Shown here piece after piece: positions 1 to 13,405 of a stretch of 64,000 nucleotides of DNA (the stretch's first letter is position 1; the number at the start of each line of letters is the position of its first letter). The notes under the pieces were generated by a model. The model was given only the letters and a program-made list of their open reading frames with translations. It was not told where the DNA came from and did not search any database. The stretch is taken from the NCBI GenBank assembly GCA_951406725.2, contig OX597823.1:59396001-59460000 (forward strand), written 5' to 3'. A program made the position numbers and the translations under genes. This stretch comes from Octopus vulgaris. Its lineage: Eukaryota.

Positions 1-1209
1 GGAGTACAATTAAGGGTTAAGATTTATTTGGAAGAAAGGCAATAGCCAACAATGTCAATATGAAATACTATCTCAGAGTATGGTGAGACATGTAGATCTC
101 ACTGGTCATACCACTGAATCTTTGCTATACCTCAAACCATCTTATACTAGTAGTCTAGAAAACCAGAGGTGAAGGAGTTAGGTTGGTCATCCAGTGTAAC
201 TGATCTACCCCACTATAATTCAAATCCACAACAAATCAAGGTTCAAATTTCTGGGGACCAAAAATAGTACTTTTATTGCAATGGTCAGATTATTACCTGC
301 CCCTGTGATAATGAATTATTGCCTCCTTTGTAGTCTTCTCACTGTTTAAGGTACATGGACGGTATATTATAGACAGTGGTAGAGGTGTTCTCTGGTCAAC
401 TGTGCAAATAAGTCCATTGATGCAGGTGATAATCAAAAAATGCTTTTGGTATTTAAGAAATAGAATCTTGGCAATATTCAAAAACAAAGGATAAACAAGT
501 GTACTTTGTTAAGGATGATTACATGCTTTGTTGATGAGGTCTAATATGATCAAAACATGTCTAGTTGTCTCATTAACTCAGGTTAATGTTCTCTTTTCAT
601 CATATTCGTATTTGCCAGTGTATAAAAGGCACTCTCGCATAAGACAGACCCCTAATTTTCAAGTTTATTGTGTGGAAAAAAACAAACAAGCATTTAAGAT
701 GTTTTATCGTACACCTTTTGAAAGATATTTTGAGAGAATGTATGATTCTCTGCATGTGCATGCAATGCTGTGATGGCATACTGGAAAATAGTAGAAAACC
801 ATAAATTTATCATTAAAAAACTAAACTGTGTGAGTACTATTCTTCAACTTCATGTTTTTCAGTTTAATTGCATGGTTGTTTACATTTTAGTCATGAGAAT
901 TGCTATACAGGATATAAAACTCATATTTCTGGCTACAAAGTTGTGTTACCATGATCAATGCTATGATTTTGTTGTCATCCACTTGTTTCCAATAGCTGAT
1001 AGGCAGATGAAAGTCTAACATTCCTTTCATCTTACAAGAATTTTCATTTAGATAATTAAAAAAAAATATTTCTTAAAGTTAACAGTGTCATTAATGAAGA
1101 CATACATCAGGTGTCAGTCGTCTGCTGAAGAAGATATAACGAGACGATGTGACCTCTACACATAACTGCCAATATATAGTAAGCAATTTTCTTCAAGTTT
1201 GTGCTGACA

Positions 1210-1410
1210 TCATTATCATCATTTAACGTCTGTTTCCCATGCTGGCAGAGGTAGGACAGTTTGACAAGAACTGGCAAGCTCTATTGTCTATTATGGAACA
1301 GTTTCTACAGTTGGAATCTCTTCCTAATACCAACCACTTTATAGAGTGTAATTGGCATTTTTTACATGGCACCATTAACCATGAGGTCATCAAGCATCTT
1401 TCAAGACAAA
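1210..1410 (-). repeat. Interspersed repeat family E (RTE-like 3' tail ending in (GAT)n), degenerate copy
   Basis: catcatcatttaacgtc..ttcccatgctggca..ttcctaataccaaccac motif recurs at about 4810-5047(+), 6590-6700(-), 9058-9300(-), 9375-9441(+), 39720-39950(-), 40485-40755(-), 45765-45880(-) and 60660-60815(+). The RTE link is recalled, not aligned. Confidence 0.7.
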
Positions 1411-3659
1411 TAAGTGGCTTGCTTCCAATATTTTGTTATTAGTAATGATTATTGCGCTTAAATGACTTATTCTTATCCAGTTCCTGCAACACTCAGTTTC
1501 CCACTCATAATACAATTACATTAGACACTTTGATACATTTACTAATAAAGATGTGTATTTTATATATGCAAGGAATTACAATAGATTTTTTTTTATGACA
1601 TACATTGAATATGTTTAGTCTTCCTTAAGTGTATGAAGAGCTGATTTTCATTAGTCAACCTTCAACTTGATAAGACATTGAACTAATTCACTAGTGTTAC
1701 TTGCTTCTTAAGCCTAATAAACTGCTTATGTTTCCATTACAATCAGATATTCTGAAAGAAGTCCATGAGAATATTTATCTTTGATAAATGAAATATAGAG
1801 ATTTGAGTAATATAAACACTGTAATCAGAGCATCTCTAATCATATGAAAATACCATTTATATCCACTATGTAAAGTAAATTTAAGTATTAATATTAAAGT
1901 TCTGTATATTGGCAACTATGTTTTCATGTCACACAGCTACAACAGAAGACATTAGTGCAGAAAAAAAAAACACAACAAAGTGTGTACTTGTCATCTGCTG
2001 GCATTTGTAATAATAAAATACGTTGTTATAACATTACAGAATTATAAAAATTATTTTAAAAATGGCTAGTCAGATGTTTTTAGTTGAAATATATTTGGAA
2101 AAGAAAAAAATAATAAACATGTTTTATATTCTACAACAATTGTCAAAACAAAATTAAAACTCAAAAGAATGAAATAAGATTTTAGTTCTTTTTTTTTTTT
2201 GTTTTGAGGGGTGGAAAGATTTTTTTTGAGAACAATTTTTTTTATAAAAAGCAAAACAAAACAAAGAAGAAATAAAAAAAAGAAGAAAAAGAGTAAAATT
2301 TACAATTCTGAATGTGAAAAACAAGAAAAAACAGAAGTGGACGTGAGAAAAGAGTTGACGTTCCTTTTTTCCTTCTTTTACCTTCTAGATTTTCTTATTT
2401 TAAATGAAAATGCAGGATTTCTATGTCTTTCAATGAACCGAGAAGAAAAATACTTTTTTTTTCCCTATAAATATATGTATGCTAAACCTAAAGTTTACCA
2501 AAACTTTCCTCTGAGCTTCAATTTATATTTTTTGGTAAGTTGTTTTGCTTAGATACAGAATAAAATTCATCAAAATTTTTTTTTCTCTATTCTTTTATAT
2601 CAATTTTTATTTTAGAAGTTACATACCTGGCAGCACTTTTCAAAGGATAATGTTTAAATCTGAATTCTTCTTAGTTATCTATCAGAAAGCAAAATACTAA
2701 AATCAGCTATTTGTTGCTTGTGAGTAAGATACATTTATTTATTAATTTTTGTTTTGTTTTGTTTTTTTCTCTATTTAAAAACAAAATTGAAAGAGAGACA
2801 GAAAAGGAGTAAAAAAAAAATCAGATAAAATTTATGTACTCTAAAAGTGAAATCAAACTGAATCTTGGTTTAATTTTTGTTGACCTGTTGATGTCATGTC
2901 TAGTCAGAAGAAAAAAAAATGTTTGTTTTTACTTATTATGTACCAACTTGTGAGTGTGACCTGTACTAAGAACTACTTTATATTGAACTTTGAAACAATA
3001 ATGTTTTTGTAATGAATCCAAAACATAACGTTCCAGACAGAGAAGTCTTTATATGATATTGATTTCAAATTTTGGCACAAGGCCAGCAATTTGAACGGAT
3101 GGAGTAAGTTGATTATACCAACCCCAGTGCTCAACTGGTACTAACTCTATCAACCTCAAAGAGATGAGAGGCAAAATCAACCTGAGCAGCATTTGAACTC
3201 AAAGCATATAGCCACAATAAATGTTAGCTTGTTGGTTGGTTGATTTCTCCAGTCATGCTTTGATCAGATAATGAAAGAAGAGACAATATAAGAGAGATAA
3301 AGAGAGAGAGAGTAAACAGAAGGAGATAAAATTGATAGAGGATCATTGAAATTAAGAAGGTAGTGGGTTCATAAAAAATGTTAAAAGTTATGTAGGTACT
3401 AGACACCGAATGCATGGCAAATGCTTACACCCTCTTACACACATGCAGTCACCTGTCCATGCCACATATAAACACACATGTATTAACACACATACAATTA
3501 GAAACATAACTGCTGTTAAATTAGAAGAATAAACTTGAGGATTTGGTTGGCGGAGATAAAGAAACAGTAGGTTTACAAAGCCATATATACATACATGTAC
3601 ACACACACACACACACACACATGTACATGTACACACACACACACACAGACACATCTAGA

Positions 3660-3977
3660 ACTCTGACGGTTACAGTGGTGAGTGTTCCAGCTAATCAGAT
3701 TAACAGAATAGCCATCTCATTAAATTTAGGTGCAAGTGGCTGAGTACCCCACAAACATGCATACCCTTAATGCAGTTCTCAGGGAGATGCAATGCGACAT
3801 GAATGTGATAAGGCTGGCCCTTTGAATTACAGGTACATTCCATTTTGTCAGCTGAGTGGAGTGGAGCAATATGAAATAAAGTATCTTGCTTGAAGACACG
3901 ATGTACTGCCAGGTATGTAACTCATGACCTTACAGTCAGGAGCCAAAAACCCTCGTCACTAAGCCACATGCCTTCAC
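3660..3977 (-). mobile_element. tRNA-derived SINE family D
   Basis: Minus strand begins with a tRNA-like head, followed by a CTTGAGCAAG-type core and gcaagtggctgag..cacagac body. Related copies at about 8895-9010, 19360-19560, 31243-31430 and 33060-33290. Confidence 0.75.
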
Positions 3978-4331
3978 ATATACCACATGCCTTCACATAT
4001 ACCACATACCTTCACATATACCACATGCCTTTACATGCCTTCACATTTGCACAAATGAAAATGTATTATATATATATATATCAAAATTAACCAAAAGACA
4101 TACTTAGTATGTCTACCTGCTAGAAATAACAGTCAAAATTCTTATTTAAACTGCCAAAATACACTGATAATAACTACAGAAATCAACTGTCTGAAGGCAA
4201 ATGGGCTAAAATAATCTCCCTGCACACATTCAAGTATCTGGACTTACGTGGACCAGTTTCTGCACTGGCAAATAGCTTCAGCTTCCTCAGCACCTGTTAC
4301 CACATGTTAAAAGTTATGCATATACAAATCC

Positions 4332-4424
4332 ATGTATGTATGTATGTATGTATGTATGTATGTATGTATGTATGTATGTATGTATGTATGTATGTATGTA
4401 TGTATGTATGTATGTATGTATGTA

Positions 4425-4461
<37 letters not shown>

Positions 4462-4466
4462 ATGTA
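4332..4466. repeat. (ATGT)n/(TG)n compound microsatellite
   Basis: Directly visible. Explains the YIHT/MYVC ORFs. Confidence 0.98.
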
Positions 4467-5307
4467 TAGACACATGCATACATATACATAGATCTCTGTT
4501 TGAGTGTGTGTGTATCATTTATATGATACTTGCATGTATTATACCAACACTGAAAAGGTAAAAAATTGCATATAGAACATAAGATAGAGATGAAATTAAA
4601 TGCTATAAATTTTATATAATCTAGTGTTTAATCCCATATCTGCCAACTCTACTGCAAATAGATAATATAGATATTCATTTCTATCAACTCTTTGTATATC
4701 CATTTGTGCTAATGTATCTATTGTTGACTGTTTGAATGACTGAAATTCTATAATGAGTATTAATATTAATATACTAGGTTGATATTCTAATACTAATTTG
4801 CCATATAAAAAGCATTGGTGCAAGTGCTAGTGCCATGTAATAATCAGTGGTGATTATGCCATGTAAAAAGCACCCAGTACACTCTGTAATGTGGTTGACA
4901 TTAAGAAGGCCATCCAGCTGTAGAAACAAAACCAAAACAAAATACGGCACTTGGTGCAACTCCTGGCTTTGCCAGTACCTGTCAAGCTGTCCAAGCCACA
5001 CCAGCATGGAAAATAGACATTAAACGTTGTTGATGCGATGATGATGAGGGTAGAGTGTTAACCATCATATGAAGGCTAACTTTAGAAGCACACTTTTGCC
5101 ACCTGGGAGATTATTAGGAAATATAATATACATAAAATAATTGTGATTTAACTTTTATCATATTTCTTGTTGCTTCTGCAAAATAATGAAATAAATTCTA
5201 ATTTTCACAAGGAAATGATTTATTACATTAAAATAGAATTAAATAAAGCAAATTTTTCAGCTATATATTTGCAATAGATATATGTTATTATGTTTCTAAA
5301 TTTTTTA

Positions 5308-5900
5308 AGGCAGCAAACTGACAGAATCTTTGCTATGCCAGGCAAAAATACGTAATGGTATTTGGCTGTCTAGGTGGCGAGCTGGCAGAAACGTTAGCAC
5401 GCCGGGTGAAATGCTTAGCGGTATTTTGTCTACCGTTACGTTCTGAGCTCAAATTCCGCCGAGGTCAACTTTGCCTTTCATCCTTTCGGGGTCGATTAAA
5501 TAAGTACCAGTTATGTACTGGGGTCAATATAATCGACTTAATCCGTTTGTCTGTCCTTGTTTGTCCTCTCTGTGTTTAGCTCCTTGTGGGTAGTAAAGAA
5601 ATAGGTATTTCGTCTGTCTTTATGTTCCGAGTTCAAATTCCACCAAGGTTGACTTTGCCTTTCATCCTTTCGGGGTTAATAAATTAAGTACCAGTTGCGT
5701 ACTGAGGTCGATCTAATCGACTGGCCCCTCCTGTCTATGTTCTGTCTGTGTTCTGAGTTCAAATTTTACTGAGATCGACTTTGCTTTCCATCATTTTTTT
5801 GGAGGGGCTCGATGAAATATGTACCAGTTTTGCAACGGGGTTGAAGTGATCAACTAGCTCCCTCCCCCAAACTGGCCGGCCTTCTGCCAAAATTTAAAAC
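5308..5900 (+). mobile_element. tRNA-derived SINE family A, composite copy with an internally repeated core
   Basis: A-box-like TGGCAGAAACG and B-box-like GTTCAAATTCC, then core gtcgactttgcctttcatcctttcggggtcgat..aagtaccag present three times. About 20 copies in the window, e.g. 3065-3210-, 9585-9775+, 14430-14690-, 23205-23398-, 24585-24965-, 25000-25205+, 33805-34022-, 40055-40265-, 48670-48862-, 52650-52868+, 54070-54301+, 55321-55551+, 57908-58022+, 63580-63730+. Confidence 0.9.
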
Positions 5901-6714
5901 CATTATTTTCCTAAATTTTTTTCAACATAATAGAAATCTACTCCATTGAACACCCATCTCTCGAAATTTCTATTAGAAAATGTGTATTTTTCAGTTGGTT
6001 ATCATTGCCTGCCACCAAAACTTATATGGGCCTCATCCTGCTTCTTTTATGTTCTCTATCTCTCTTTTATGTACGGTCAAAGGGGACATAACTCTAATCC
6101 CCTTCCCCCATCTTTCTTTTTTGTTTCCTTTTTCTTTTTCCAGTGTCCTCAACATTCCACCTTTTACATCTACTTCCTTCTCACCTTTTTCTCGTATTTT
6201 CTTTTATCCTATTGAACTGTTTTAGCTTGTTATAATATTTGGGCAGAGACTGAGGATTGCCTGAAAACACCAGACATATTATAAAATGTTGACTAAGTTG
6301 TTTTCCTCACATGAAACTATTAGTAGGTCATGATAATTTGGGTCCTATTTCTAGCATGTTGTATCTCTACCTATTGATTCCATAACTGGCTTACCTACTA
6401 AACATTTTTTATCCCAAGTTGAAAGCTCATTCATTACTTACAACGTAACAGTTCTCACAGCTTTCCTTAATATAAACTCCACGATGTCTAACAAAACATG
6501 ATTCACTTTTAACTTTAAATTTAAATTGACCACACAGTTGCTCTCACAAACAAGTGAGAGAAATTTAGCAATTAGCAATACCTTTGTTTATCATCAGCAG
6601 TATTTTACATCCATTTTTTTCATACCAGAATAGGTTGGACAAGTTTTCTGAGGCAGAGTTTTACAGCCAGATGGCCTTCTTGTTGCTAACCCCATTAGCT
6701 GCTTTTTTAAACAA

Positions 6715-7052
6715 GCAGGTATTTGAGGCACCTATTCCAAAACTCGAATATAAATGGTAAGCAATTAGAAATATATACTATACAAAAGGTGCTTCTGAAA
6801 TAATATTTATATTAATACCACATTCAATAAGAATATTGAACATCTACTAAGCTAACCCATCTGTGATTTTAAATCATGTGCATGCAGGAATTTGATGCAC
6901 CTATTCTAAAACTTAAATATACTTGGTAAGCAATCAGAAATATATACTATAAAATATGTTCTTCTGAAATAATATTTATATAAATGCCCCCTTCAATGAG
7001 AATATTGAACATGCATTAAGCTAACCCATCTGTAATCTTAAACCACATGCAT
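6715..7052. repeat. Tandem duplication, 2 x ~169 bp, diverged
   Basis: gcagg.atttga.gcacctatt...gctaacccatctgt starts at 6715 and again at 6884. Confidence 0.9.
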
Positions 7053-7119
7053 TCTTTTATAGAAAGACAAACCTTCTTCCCAGTTATTAAGTTCAGTCTT
7101 GTTGTTGTTGTTGTTGTTG

Positions 7120-7420
7120 TTTGTTCCTTCTTGAGCCATGCCTGGCTCATAGGGCTGGTTTTCTGGTTTCCTTGGCGTATAAGTTCCACACATGGACAGG
7201 ACGCAGGTCCGTTGCAAGTGAGCTGCAAGATGCAGGAGAAAAGAGTGAGAGAAAGTTGTGGCAAAAGTGTCAGCAGAAGTTTGCCATTACCTTCTGCAAC
7301 AGCCATGTGGAGCTTAGGTGTTTCACTCATAAATACACACGTCGCCCGGTCTGAGATTCGAACCCCCGATCCCTTGACCGCAAGTCCGCTGCTCTAACCA
7401 CTAGGTCACGTGCCTCCACA
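7120..7420 (-). mobile_element. tRNA-derived SINE related to family C, inserted next to (GTT)n
   Basis: Shares gagtgagagaaagttgtgg..aaa and a tRNA-like head (cgaacccc..ctctaaccactagg) with the copies at 10412 and 62058. Confidence 0.75.
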
Positions 7421-9299
7421 ACTTCAGTCTTATCCCTTCAAAATTTTTGCTGTGTAAAATCCAAGTGAAATTGTGCTATTTTTATTGATATAGAGAGTAC
7501 ATCATTTCAAAAGAGCCTTTATGCTGTTATTTGAAATGCAAGATATAGCAAGCAAATGCAACTTATATACCCTAGTGTCTTAAGGGGAAAAAAAGGATAA
7601 AAGAAACGTTGTAAAGGCTAAGGCAGTTAGATACAGTACACCTGAAATGAGATGGGAGTATTTTCAGAACATAGGAATAGTCAATCAGAGCTGACATAAG
7701 TCTAAAGAACAACAATAACAATAGTAACAACAGACAAGGAAACAGAAGCAAAAACAACAGCAGCAGAATCAACTACTTTCAAGAGATAAAATTTCAAGAT
7801 TTTCTATCAACCACTATACACACACACACACACGTGCACACACAATATGATACAATGCAACATATCTACATATAACAGCCAATCTCCCTCAAAGTAGTAA
7901 AAGCATTTTAAAGAAGGAAGATAGACAATGTAAAGATATTTTAGCTATGATCCTCATATCTTTTTATATCATTCTCAAATATATCTTTCGTTTTGGAAAA
8001 GAGAATAGAGAATATTTGAAAGAGTTTAACTGCTATTTCTAACAGGTTGAATGACTACATAGTGGCTTTGCCATTGCTTCACTTTGTAAAGCCAATATGT
8101 ATAGAGAAAACACTTTATTTATTAAATGTCTGCCATTCTTCTCTTTACATTTCGGTGGAGTTTTTACTCAATAATTCTTTTACCATTGTCTACATTATTC
8201 AAAGTGTTATTTAATGGCTACTTTCAGCAGAGTTATTTGTAACCGAGCCAACTATTGCAGTTAAACCTCCTTTTGTGTTTCAGCAATAGACAAACGTATA
8301 GCTATGAGCTGTTCTAATTATTATGTACATCCATACTTATAGGCCTTCTATGCAGAACAGACGTTTTCTTAATTACTAGATTAAAGGCAAATAAGAATAA
8401 TGTGAAATCTGGAGGCAAAAATGAATATATTTGTTTAACAAACCAATCTCAATATTTGTCTTCTTCAAATGTTAAAATGCGTGATATAATAAGTTCTCAC
8501 TTACTTTTATGGCATCTGGTAAACATTACAAATGATCTGAAAGGTTCATCCTGAAGCATATTTACAGTGCTTCAGTTTTTTCTTCTTCGGGTAATGTAAA
8601 CAGAAACGATAGAACAGTTTCAATTTCAAATGAAGCGATAGTATTTTGATGCAAATCAAGATTAATCCGTCTTGTGAGAAACGCAAATGAATTAGACAAA
8701 TGTGTTTCACTATAAAAGGAAAATTTGTTCTGCTTATTTAGATACACAGGACGCTATGTATTGAACTGTATGTCTATGCTTGTGTCCGTGCGCACGTGTG
8801 AGTGTGTGCATATGTGTTTGTGGTTGCCTGGTTCTCTACTGCCCATCAGTGTAGATTCAGTTGTCCAGACATTTGAATTACTTCTTTCTGAACTTGTAAG
8901 TGGCTGAGCATCCCACAGACATGTATGTACCCTTAATGTAATTCTCTGGCAGAATCAGCATAATGTAGAGTGCAGGACAAGGTTGTACCCCTGAATTATA
9001 GGTACAATCCAAAAGACAGGTTTCTGTACAATTTCTGTACACTCAATTTATGATATATATCATCATCATCATCATCATTTAACATCCGTTGTCCATGCTG
9101 GCATGGGTTGGACGGTTTGAACAGAACTGGCAAACTGGAAGGCTGCACCAAACTCAAGTCTGATTTAGCATGATTTCTATGGCTGGATGCCCTTCCTAAC
9201 ACCAACCACTCAAAGAGTGTAATGGGTGCTTTTACATGCCACCGGCACAGGTGCCATTTATGTGACAGCAGTATCTGCCGCGACTACAATTTTGCCACA

Positions 9300-9373
<74 letters not shown>

Positions 9374-10283
9374 CTGGTCAATCCGTCCAACCCATGCCAG
9401 TATGAAAAATGGACGTTAAACGATGATGATGATGATGATGATATATATATATATAAAAGATTTGTAGGTACGTGGTACTTTGTTATGCAAAAACAATATA
9501 CTATAACCTACACTAAGTCTTTTTACAAGTAAGTAACATGTTCTATTATGTCAGCAATGCTCTTACATTATTTTAAGGTTATGAAGGTGGTGAGCTGGCA
9601 GAATCATTAGCGTGCCAGGTGAAATGCTTAGCGGCATTTCGTCTGCTGCTATGTTCTGAGTTCAAATTCCACTGGGGTCGACTTTTCTTTCATCTTTTCA
9701 GGGTCGATGAAATAAGTACCAGTTATGCACTGGGGTCGAAAATCTTCAAAACCTTGCACCTAGAGTAGGAATGACTATTTTAAGGTTATTTCTACAGATA
9801 TTCTATTGAACTCATAGCCAGCACTGATTTTTGTTGTTTCATATTGAGACATTAGATGTAAGCAGACAATGTGGTCAAAGATAAAAGTGGGTAGTGAGTA
9901 TATATGCCATATTTTGGAGGTTGCTGGCATAGCAATGTACCACATAATTTACAAATTTTTAATGTTTACATACCTGCCCCAGGAATGCGTTTGATAAGAA
10001 AATTGGAATATCGAATAACTTAACATTGCTGTATGTGGTGGCTATATAAGCAATGTGTTCGGGGGCAATAGTGGCTTACATGAGTGCTGAAGAAGGGGCA
10101 ACAACCCCTGAAATATGGCATATACATTCGTGACCCACTTTTGTCTTTAATCACATTGTTTGTTTACATCTGATGTCTCAATACGAAATGTTGGTAGCAA
10201 AAATCTGTTTTGGCTATAAGTTCTATAGCATATCGCTAGGAATAACATTATCAAAATAATACACACACACATACACACACACA

Positions 10284-10333
<50 letters not shown>

Positions 10334-10360
10334 ATATATATATATGTATATATATATATG

Positions 10361-10411
<51 letters not shown>

Positions 10412-10415
<4 letters not shown>

Positions 10416-10691
10416 CGTTGCTACACATCACTGGTCACAATGTGCTTCGCATTGTTTTAGCCTTCAAATGACGCCACCCCGCTGGCTAAGCGAGCAGGCC
10501 AACAGAAGAAAGAGTGAGAGAAAGTTGTGGCGAAAGAGTATAGCAGGGATCGCCACCACCCCCTGCCGGAGCCTTGTGGAGCTTTCGGTGTTTTCGCTCA
10601 ATAAACACTCACAACGGCCGGTCTGGGAATCGAAACTGCAATCCTACAACCGTGAGTCTGCTACCCTAACTACTGGGCCATTGCATCTCCA
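10412..10691 (-). mobile_element. tRNA-derived SINE family C
   Basis: Near-identical to 62058-62363 and 31430-31606. Confidence 0.85.
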
Positions 10692-10717
10692 TGTATATAT
10701 ATATATATATATATATA

Positions 10718-10890
10718 TTGATAATATACAAGAATGAATAATATAAGTACCTGTCGAATACTAGTGTATTACATGCCATCCAAATGAGTGATATTGTGAA
10801 GTTACAAATCATCATTTATTACCTCTGTCTTTACGTTCTGAGTTCAAATGCTGCTGGGGCCAACCTTGCATTTCATCCTTTCAGAAGTCG

Positions 10891-10924
<34 letters not shown>

Positions 10925-10969
10925 AAATAAGAAAATGGAGAAATACACCTTAATCAATAATCAACTATC

Positions 10970-11015
<46 letters not shown>

Positions 11016-11046
11016 GATAGTTGATTATTGATTAAGGTGTATTTCT

Positions 11047-11081
<35 letters not shown>

Positions 11082-11254
11082 CGACTTCTGAAAGGATGAA
11101 ATGCAAGGTTGGCCCCAGCAGCATTTGAACTCAGAACGTAAAGACAGAGGTAATAAATGATGATTTGTAACTTCACAATATCACTCATTTGGATGGCATG
11201 TAATACACTAGTATTCGACAGGTACTTATATTATTCATTCTTGTATATTATCAA
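10718..11254. repeat. Near-perfect ~537-bp palindrome centred on (TA)n
   Basis: 10718-10970 is the reverse complement of 11014-11254, apart from a 12-bp indel and (TA)n length. Confidence 0.95.
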
Positions 11255-12163
11255 ACCCAGAACATAAAGGGAAGCAACACCATGACTCATCAATTTATGT
11301 CAATATTTAACCTAACACACAACTGTTCCCCTTCCTTAGTTATACTGAATAATATGTGCATTAAACCTTTTCATCATCTTTGGTAGGAACGTATAACAAA
11401 ACAGTTTGCAAATCTATCTTCTGTTAATACATTTTTGAATTGATAACCTGTGTTTGTTGTCTCAGAACCCATAGATCCATTTATTTCCCAAGAGACACTA
11501 ATCAATTGACTTTTTATTTTCATCGGTGTAAATTCATGCAAGAATTAGCCAGCAGTCTTTTATCATTATCTTGACACTTACTGAAAGGTTCCAATTGACA
11601 GGCTTTGCTGGGTGCCAGGAAAAATCTTGAAAGGAAAACAAGGGATAGGAACTCCACGTATTTTTGAAATAATAGTTTAAAATCAATTTGTTGCCAGCTT
11701 GTCTTATGTTTAAAAGAAAATCTGGGCAAAAATCTAACTGCTGAAACTGAGTGATCTATATACTTTTAAGCTATTTGGCATCAGGTGTAATTTGTCACAA
11801 TAGCATGGATGTTTTCATGGTGGATTTTATTTGTTTATGGAACTGCCACAACTGTGCCATATAATCTAGGCTGCACTAAAAGTGTGTCATATTGATTGTA
11901 AACAATTTGACATATAAAATGATAAATGAGCCAGCTGATAAAGCTATCTCTGAATTAAATATCCAGATCAAAGTCTAAGAGTCCTTTAAGATGTTAAAAC
12001 AAGGTGACAAGATCCTGAACTCTTGAGATTAATGACAAAAGTAATTATGATATAGTAGATCAACTTATGATATTATTCTCATGGACCAATGGTGAGAGAA
12101 TCATATGAACTTTCAGCAATATAGCAAATCTTTGTGTAGAATAATGTTATATACTTTTAGCTG

Positions 12164-12204
<41 letters not shown>

Positions 12205-12209
12205 AATAA

Positions 12210-12335
12210 TAACAAGAACACTCAGAGAGCACAAACCTCCACCAAGGCAACACCAACGTCCTCTCAAAGATTAGTAGGAGAGGATTTTTAAAATGAGAAT
12301 ATCTTAAATAAATTTGACTGCTCTCACAAACAATA
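12210..12335 (-). mobile_element. 3' fragment of a Helentron/HINE-like non-autonomous element
   Basis: aacaagaacactcagagagcacaaacctccaccaag.. is a reverse-complement homolog of the end of 55557-55926. Confidence 0.6.
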
Positions 12336-13184
12336 ATAGGTGAATTTTCTATGGCTGGATGCACTTCCTGTCACCAAGGCTCACCTGTTTCTTAGTAAAA
12401 TACTATTTTCCCATGACCAAACCTATTTTCATGAAAGATTGGAAACGAAATACACCATGGTTGTACTTGCTTTCAGATAGCGTACAAAGTCAAGGAAAAG
12501 CAATAGTACCAGACACACACACACACACTAACACACATGTTGGGCTTCTTTCAGTTTCTATTTCAGAGGCTTTGGTTGTTCTGGCCCTATAGTAGAAGAC
12601 ACTTGCACAAGGCGTTACACTGTAGCACTGAACCTGAAACCACGTAGTTAGAAAGCAAACTTCTTACAACACTGCAGCACTTGCACCTGCATTGCAAGAA
12701 CAATTAATTTATCATTTATTCCATTACCTAATTAGAAATATCTCTCGGCAGAATCTTTATCCTATTTGATTTCAAGTGTATGCTTCAGTCACTAAGACAT
12801 TCCACTGAAAGAAATAAAAATGCTGTCAATAAATTGTCAGTAGAAATTTCTGCTGGTTACATTAGTAAAGTAACACTTCTTCTCAAAGTATCAAACTTGA
12901 AATAGATGGATTGAACAAGTAAGAGACTAGTGTCTGAGTACAGTATGTTGTTAGTGACTTGACACAAACTTTTGCTCCTATGGTACGACCTCAGATATGT
13001 AATATAAAGTGCTTAAAACGGTTGACTGAAATTATACATGCAATTTGTTGCTACGTAAATTTGTTCTAGAAGTGAAGTTTTTCAAATCTAAAGACAAGTA
13101 TGTGAGATAACTGAAGTACGATCATCTAGATGATATTTTAGGAAATAAAGGCAATGTAGATGGAAGTAAAGATCTTGTCATTAA

Positions 13185-13405
13185 CCATTTTGAAACCAAT
13201 CTACTTGGGATGCCCTTGGACCTATGATACAAACTTTGAGTTTTAAAGCAATCTAAACTGAAAACTTCCATTAAAATTCCAAATTAATTTATGTTCGTAA
13301 CACCACATTAATAATTACAAAGTTATTTTATTAAATTCTTAATTATTTTCAAAATTAATTGTAACAAAGTTTGAATTTTTCAACAAAAATATAGCAACAA
13401 ATGGG
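13185..13405. mobile_element. piggyBac-like MITE
   Basis: TTAA|CCATTT...AAATGGG|TTAA. Homologous to 14316-14794 and 43069-43287. Confidence 0.7.
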
